Shown here: in pieces, positions 58,348-64,000 of the stretch
Position numbering within the stretch: the stretch's first letter is position 1
Layout of the letters: each line of letters starts with the position of its first letter
Assembly: GCA_021413905.1 (NCBI GenBank)
Contig: JAIOPO010000001.1
Location: 9,159 to 73,158 of the forward strand
DNA: 64,000 nt
Reading direction: 5' to 3'
Origin: Candidatus Nomurabacteria bacterium
GTDB lineage: Bacteria > Patescibacteriota > Minisyncoccia > Phycocordibacterales > UBA9973
Program-made: the position numbers and the translations under genes
Notes under the pieces: model-generated
Seen by the model: the letters and a program-made list of their open reading frames with translations, nothing else
What the model was told of the DNA's origin: nothing
Database searches by the model: none

Positions 58348-58989
58348 ATGAAGACAAAAATTAATTTCTCGAACTTTTTTAAAAGTTCTTTTGTCGTATT
58401 GTTTTCTTTGATTTTGTTTAACAAAATTCAAGGAGAAATCGGTATTACCTTGGTGCAATTAAGTGTAAATTTAATTAGCACGTTTTTAGGTTTTTGGTCC
58501 TTGCTTGTGCTAATTGGCAGAATTGAACCTCCTGTTTTTTTTAAAAATACTTTAAAAAATAGTACAATAGCTATTCCTTTTATAATGTTGTGTACAGTTT
58601 GGCTTTTTTTGTGCATTCATGTGGGTTGGTTTTATGTATTCAGTAATTCGCGTGATGAGTTTTTAAATAATTGGGATTATCTAACAAAAATCTCAATTGT
58701 TTTAATTGCATTTATTATGTGGAGCTTTTTAATTTTTAACAATTGGTCATTAAGAAGTGAGTTGTTTAAAATTAAGTTTTTTAAAGCAATGTTCGCTGTA
58801 ATACCTTTTATTACTTTTTCTTCTTTAAAAGCACAAGAGGCTTATGTTGAAAAAGGTACAATAAAAGATGTGGGGAATATTTCGATCATTACTCTTCTTT
58901 TTGGTTCTCTTCTTATTTTTTGTTTTGGTATGATGCTTTTTCAAATTTTAAAAAAGGAAGACAATCAAAAAGTTTTTACAAGAAAATAA
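58348..58989 (+). CDS. Hypothetical multi-pass membrane protein
   Basis: About six hydrophobic segments. Confidence 0.6.
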   Translation: MKTKINFSNFFKSSFVVLFSLILFNKIQGEIGITLVQLSVNLISTFLGFWSLLVLIGRIEPPVFFKNTLKNSTIAIPFIMLCTVWLFLCIHVGWFYVFSNSRDEFLNNWDYLTKISIVLIAFIMWSFLIFNNWSLRSELFKIKFFKAMFAVIPFITFSSLKAQEAYVEKGTIKDVGNISIITLLFGSLLIFCFGMMLFQILKKEDNQKVFTRK

Positions 58990-59044
58990 AGGGGATAATA
59001 ATTTCATTTTTGCCATGGCTCAATAGAGTCATGGCAATTTTATT

Positions 59045-62000
59045 TTATATTTCTTTCATATTATCAATAGCGATACTTTTTTCATCATTTCGTATTGTTA
59101 TTTTGCCGGTTAGAGCTATGCATTTTTCTACTTGTACTAATTCAGATATTTCTTTAAAAAGTTTAGGAAAAATAACAGCTTCTATTGATCCAGAAAAATC
59201 CGCAATACGGATAAATGCCATTTGTTGGTTTTTCTTTGTTGTAACATTACGTACTGTTTCAATAATGCCAGCTATTGTGACAGGGTAGCCATTGGTAAGT
59301 TGTTCTTTTATTTTTTTTATATTTATTTCTCTTTTTTCTAGTTTTTCACGAATTCTGTCGAGAGGATGTCCGGAAATATAAAGTCCTAATAATTCTTTTT
59401 CCCAAATTAGTTTTGTTTCTTTTGCAACATCTGGAGCGGGTTGTAATTTGAATATCGGCATACTGTCACCTGAAAGTCCTCCAAAAAGTGAAACCTGATT
59501 TGCGGATTGTCTTCCACTTTCTTTGTTGTATTCAAGCATATTTTCTAAATTTGCCATAAGTGTTCCACGTTCACCAAATTCGTCCAAGCTTCCTGATTTT
59601 ATCAGAGCTTCCATTGATTTTTTGTTAACATTTTTATGTTTTACCCTGTCCAAGAAATCAGAAATATTTTTAAATTTACCTTTTTTTCTTTCTTCGATAA
59701 TTGCATCACCTATATCAGAACCGAAATTTTTTATTGTATAAAGTCCAAAGCGTATAGTATTGTCATCAATACAAGTAAAGCCTTTAAAGCTTTCATTTAT
59801 ATGCGGAGGTAGAACTTTTATTTTCATATTTTCACATTCGTGTACTATCTCGGCGATTTTTTCCACATCTCCAGATTCTGCAGTTAAAATTGCAGACATG
59901 TATTCTACAGGGAAATTGGCTTTCATGTAAGCTGTTTGATATGCTACTCTACCATAACTCGCTGAATGAGCTTTGTTGAAACCATAAGCCGCAAAGGGTT
60001 CTATCTGACTCCAGAGTTCTTGAGCTTTTTTTAGTGGCCATTTACTATGTTCTACACAACCAGTGATAAATCTTTCTTTTTGTTTTTCCATTTCTTCTGG
60101 AATTTTTTTACCGACAGCTTTACGAAATTTATCGGCTTCTCCCCAAGAATATCCTGCGATATTTATGGAAATTAAAAGTAAATCGTCTTGGTAAACGAGC
60201 ACGCCGTGTGTTTGTTTTAATATTGGTTCAAGTGCTGGATCTAAATATTTTACTAAACGCGGATTATGTTTTCTTTCTATGTAGAGAGGAATGAATTGTA
60301 TTGGTCCAGGACGATAAAGGGCAACCATTGCGTTTATGTCGTGTATCGTTGTCGGTTTAAGTTGTTTTAAATAAGCTGTCATTCCTCCACCATTTAATTG
60401 AAAAAGTCCCATTGTTTCTCCTCTTGCTAGTAGTTCAAAAGTTTTTTTATCTGCAATATTTATATTTTCTATGTCGATGTCAATGTTTCTAATTTTTTTT
60501 ACAAGGTCGACAGCATCAGCTAATATGGATAAATTTCTAATTCCTAAAAAGTCGAATTTAGGCAATCCAACATCTTCAATTTGATACATGTCATATTGAG
60601 TAATAACGTCTCCTCCTTTTGGATCGTATTGTATTGGAGTAAATTCATATAAAGGTTTTGGTGCGATAACTATACCAGCTGCATGCACAGATACATGACG
60701 TACACAACCTTCCATTTTTTTTGCAAGATCTATTATCTCTTTGGTGATAGGTTCTGTTTTGTATGCTTTTGCTAGTTCTGGGACTATTTCCATTGCATGA
60801 TCTATGGTCATTGGAAAACCTTGTGAGCCCATCGGTATCATGCTGGAGATTCTGTCACCTATGGCATATTCATGGCCGAGTGCTCGAGCTACATCACGCA
60901 CAGAACCTTTTGCCATCATTGTTCCAAATGTTCCTATTTGAGCCACTCTGTCTTCTCCATATTTCTTTTTAGTATAAGCTATCATTTCATCACGTCTGTT
61001 ATCAGCGAAATCCATATCGATATCAGGCAATGATGGACGTTCTGGATTTAGAAATCTTTCGAATGGCAATTTGTAAACCAACGGATCTACATTCGTAATT
61101 CCTAAAAGATATGTGGTCAAAGATCCTGCTACCGATCCTCGAATATTTGTTAAAATTTTATTTTCACGTGCAAAACGCAACAAATCTCCAACTACAAGAA
61201 AATATGTAGCATAACCTTTTTGTTTTATAATATCTAATTCATATTCTAGTCTATCCAGATAGTCTTTGTTTTGTGGTAATTTTCTAAATTCAAAACCTGC
61301 ATAAGCAAGTTCTTTTAAAACTTCGTTTGGGTTGCGGTCATTTTCAATTTTAAATTCCGGGAAATACGCCACACCGAGTTCTATTTCATAATCTTCACAC
61401 ATATCTGCGACTATCATTGTATTGTCGACTGATTCTACTGAATCTTTGAAATATTCTTTTGCTGTTTTTTCATCTATTAAAGAAAAATCATCATCGGAAA
61501 ATTCAAATTTACTGGAATCTTTTCCATCTGTACCGGTATTTACTTGCAGTAGTGTATGGTGCGCTTTATGATCATCTTTGCAAGGATAGTGCGAGTCTTG
61601 AGTGGCAACTGTAGGTATGTTGAATTTTTTTCCTAATTCAATAATTTTACCACGTAATTCCGCATCTCTTTCGATATGTGGATGAGATTGAATTTCTAAA
61701 AAATAATTTTCCTTGCCAAAAATATCTTGATGCTCTTTTATTATGGCTTCAGCTTTTTCCATATTGCCAGCGAGTATCGCACGGGATAATTTTCCACCCA
61801 TACAACCAGACAAAGCGATTATTCCTTCACTGTATTTTTTTAATAATTCTTCATCTACGCGAGGTTTGTAATAATATCCTTCAAGATTTGCTATAGAAAC
61901 AATACGCATTAAATTTTTATAACCTTTTAGGTTTTTTGCAAGTAGTATCAAGTGGTAACGTTTGTTGTCTATGCCTGGTTCTTTGTCTGTTAGTTTTCTT

Positions 62001-62218
62001 TCAGCTACATAAACTTCACAACCGATTATTGGTTTTATTCTGGCCTTTTTGCATTCTTTGTAAAATTCTATCGTACCGTACATATTGCCATGATCAGTTA
62101 TGGCCATTGCTGGCATATTGTGTTCTTTTGCAATACGGACCATATCTTCTACTTTTGAAAGTCCGTCAAGTAGGGAATAGTGTGAATGCGTATGTAAATG
62201 TATGAAACCTTTTTTCAT
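59045..62218 (-). CDS. dnaE: DNA polymerase III alpha subunit
   Basis: HLHTHSHYSLLDG (PHP), RGSVAGS, FERFLNPER.SLPDIDMDF, KFDFLG, YGFNKAH. Confidence 0.97.
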   Translation of the reverse strand: MKKGFIHLHTHSHYSLLDGLSKVEDMVRIAKEHNMPAMAITDHGNMYGTIEFYKECKKARIKPIIGCEVYVAERKLTDKEPGIDNKRYHLILLAKNLKGYKNLMRIVSIANLEGYYYKPRVDEELLKKYSEGIIALSGCMGGKLSRAILAGNMEKAEAIIKEHQDIFGKENYFLEIQSHPHIERDAELRGKIIELGKKFNIPTVATQDSHYPCKDDHKAHHTLLQVNTGTDGKDSSKFEFSDDDFSLIDEKTAKEYFKDSVESVDNTMIVADMCEDYEIELGVAYFPEFKIENDRNPNEVLKELAYAGFEFRKLPQNKDYLDRLEYELDIIKQKGYATYFLVVGDLLRFARENKILTNIRGSVAGSLTTYLLGITNVDPLVYKLPFERFLNPERPSLPDIDMDFADNRRDEMIAYTKKKYGEDRVAQIGTFGTMMAKGSVRDVARALGHEYAIGDRISSMIPMGSQGFPMTIDHAMEIVPELAKAYKTEPITKEIIDLAKKMEGCVRHVSVHAAGIVIAPKPLYEFTPIQYDPKGGDVITQYDMYQIEDVGLPKFDFLGIRNLSILADAVDLVKKIRNIDIDIENINIADKKTFELLARGETMGLFQLNGGGMTAYLKQLKPTTIHDINAMVALYRPGPIQFIPLYIERKHNPRLVKYLDPALEPILKQTHGVLVYQDDLLLISINIAGYSWGEADKFRKAVGKKIPEEMEKQKERFITGCVEHSKWPLKKAQELWSQIEPFAAYGFNKAHSASYGRVAYQTAYMKANFPVEYMSAILTAESGDVEKIAEIVHECENMKIKVLPPHINESFKGFTCIDDNTIRFGLYTIKNFGSDIGDAIIEERKKGKFKNISDFLDRVKHKNVNKKSMEALIKSGSLDEFGERGTLMANLENMLEYNKESGRQSANQVSLFGGLSGDSMPIFKLQPAPDVAKETKLIWEKELLGLYISGHPLDRIREKLEKREINIKKIKEQLTNGYPVTIAGIIETVRNVTTKKNQQMAFIRIADFSGSIEAVIFPKLFKEISELVQVEKCIALTGKITIRNDEKSIAIDNMKEI

Positions 62219-62284
62219 TAAAGATATAATAGCATATTTTATTTAATCTTTGAAAAATAATGTTTTTCTGTTAATATAACAATA

Positions 62285-64000
62285 ATGGATTTAAAATATA
62301 TTAGAAACTTCAGTATTATCGCTCATATTGACCATGGTAAAAGCACCTTGGCTGATAGAATGCTTGAAATTACACATACTATTGAGACGCGTAAAATGAA
62401 AGATCAGGTGCTCGATAATATGGAACTTGAACGTGAGCGTGGAATAACAATTAAAATGCAACCCGTGAGAATGGAATATAAATTAGAAAATATTCCTTAT
62501 GTTTTGAATTTGATAGATACTCCTGGACACATAGATTTTTCTTATGAGGTGTCACGTGCTTTAAAAGCGGTAGAAGGATCTATCTTGCTTGTGGATTCAA
62601 CTCAAGGCGTGCAAGCACAAACATTAACTACTTTAAATATGGCTCGTGAAAGTGGTCTTAAGATAATTCCTGTTCTGTCAAAAATAGATTCACCTTTAGC
62701 TCGTGTTGAAGATGTAAAAGAAGAAGTCATGACTTTATTGGATTGTGATCCAGATGAAATACTTTTGGTTTCTGGGCGTACAGGAGAAGGCGTGGATGAA
62801 TTATTGAAGGCGGTTATAAAACGCGTCCCACCTCCTAAAGAGACTTATAAAAATCAAACAGATTTACGAGCACTTGTTTTTGATTTTAAATATTCCAATC
62901 ATCGTGGTGTGACAGTTTATGTTCGTTTACTAGACGGTGTAGTTTCTAAAGGTGAAAGTTTGATTTTCTCCGCTTCACAAGAAAAATTTATTCCTCTTGA
63001 AGTTGGTATTTTTTCTCCAGAAGAAAAAGCGTGCAGTTCTTTGTCTGTGGGAGAAATTGGATATATTGTGACTGGTATTAAACAACCTGGTATAGCAAGT
63101 GTCGGAGATACTATTACATTTTTGAAAAATCCACTAATAGCGCTTGATGGTTATGAACGTCCGCGTCCTGTGGTTTGGGCTTCTATTTTTCCAGAAGATG
63201 CAGATGATTTTGCGGATTTAAAAGCAGCTCTGGGTAAACTTCGTTTATCTGATTCTGCTTTTTCTTACGAAGAAGAGTCTTCGGGTTCTTTGGGTAGAGG
63301 TTTTCGTTGTGGATTTTTAGGTATGCTTCATTTGGAAATAATTACAGAAAGATTGAAAAGAGAATTTGATTTGGAATTAGTAATCACAACTCCATCTATT
63401 ACTTATGAAGTTTTAATGAAAAACTCTTCGGCAGACTCAGGGCAAGCTGGCAAAAGAGTAAAGGTTTATTCCCCATATTTTTTTCCAGACGACGGCAATA
63501 TTCAAACAGTATTTGAACCTTGGGTTTCTGTAAAAATAATAACACCTTCTACTTATATAGGTAATATTATGCAACTTCTTTTTGACCATGAAGCAGAAAT
63601 AGGTGAGACAGAAAATTTCGGAGATAATCGTTCTTCTTTGTCACTTAAAATGCCACTTCGTGAACTTATGCGTAATTTTTTTGATGAATTAAAAAGTGCG
63701 TCTTCGGGTTATGCTTCTATTTCTTATGAGATAGGTGAGATGCGTGAAGCAAATGTTACACGTATGGATATATTGATTGCTGATGAAGTTGTACCAGCTT
63801 TTTCAAGAGTTATTTCTAAAAGAAGAGTAGAGGAAGAAGCTGAAAATGCGGTTGAAAAATTGCACAGTGTTTTACCAAAACAAATGTTTACTACAAAAAT
63901 ACAAGGTAAAGCTCTTGGTAGAATTATTTCTTCTAGGACATTGCAGGCTTTTAAAAAAGATGTGACTCAACATATGTATGGTGGAGATATTACTCGAAAA
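62285..64000 (+). CDS. lepA: Elongation factor 4 (LepA), 3'-partial
   Basis: MDLKYIRNFSIIAHIDHGKSTLADR, ERERGITIK, LIDTPGH, GFRCGFLGMLH, YGGDITRK; runs off the window. Confidence 0.96.
   Translation, partial: MDLKYIRNFSIIAHIDHGKSTLADRMLEITHTIETRKMKDQVLDNMELERERGITIKMQPVRMEYKLENIPYVLNLIDTPGHIDFSYEVSRALKAVEGSILLVDSTQGVQAQTLTTLNMARESGLKIIPVLSKIDSPLARVEDVKEEVMTLLDCDPDEILLVSGRTGEGVDELLKAVIKRVPPPKETYKNQTDLRALVFDFKYSNHRGVTVYVRLLDGVVSKGESLIFSASQEKFIPLEVGIFSPEEKACSSLSVGEIGYIVTGIKQPGIASVGDTITFLKNPLIALDGYERPRPVVWASIFPEDADDFADLKAALGKLRLSDSAFSYEEESSGSLGRGFRCGFLGMLHLEIITERLKREFDLELVITTPSITYEVLMKNSSADSGQAGKRVKVYSPYFFPDDGNIQTVFEPWVSVKIITPSTYIGNIMQLLFDHEAEIGETENFGDNRSSLSLKMPLRELMRNFFDELKSASSGYASISYEIGEMREANVTRMDILIADEVVPAFSRVISKRRVEEEAENAVEKLHSVLPKQMFTTKIQGKALGRIISSRTLQAFKKDVTQHMYGGDITRK
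63424..63447. repeat. Degenerate REP-like hairpin in-frame in lepA (SSADSGQA)
   Basis: CTCTTCGGCAGACTCAGGGCAAGC resembles the uvrC insert CCCTCGACTACGCTCGGGGCAGG. Confidence 0.55.

Overview
AT-rich bacterial chromosome segment using genetic code 11. The gene content (short IF2, MurE lacking its N-terminal domain, VirB2-like pilin array, stand-alone SWIB) and a divergent unlinked 16S gene with no anti-Shine-Dalgarno tail point to Patescibacteria/CPR, probably Parcubacteria; this is inference, with no database search run. Housekeeping content: 16S rRNA, uvrA/uvrC, secA, murE, rpsA, gyrA, rbfA/infB, cysteine desulfurase, clpB, fmt/def/hisS/lepB/pth, dnaE, partial lepA and 7 tRNAs. Main points: (1) An HUH/Y1 RAYT-like transposase is flanked by 37-bp direct repeats built on the palindrome CCATATGTC-T-GACATATGG. 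Further copies lie next to a tRNA, inside the transposase itself, and as a perfect 42-bp inverted doublet in-frame in the cysteine desulfurase. (2) Two other hairpin repeat families are inserted in-frame in uvrC (three insertions) and lepA. (3) A ~7.9-kb serine-recombinase element is integrated in tRNA-Asn. Its att site lies inside the recombinase gene, so excision would swap the C-terminus. It carries a TerS-like gene and a protease + small protein + two HEPN-like genes. (4) Many genes have a leaderless TATAAT-N6-ATG layout. (5) There are unannotated small ORFs, candidate ncRNAs and two genes with internal deletions.
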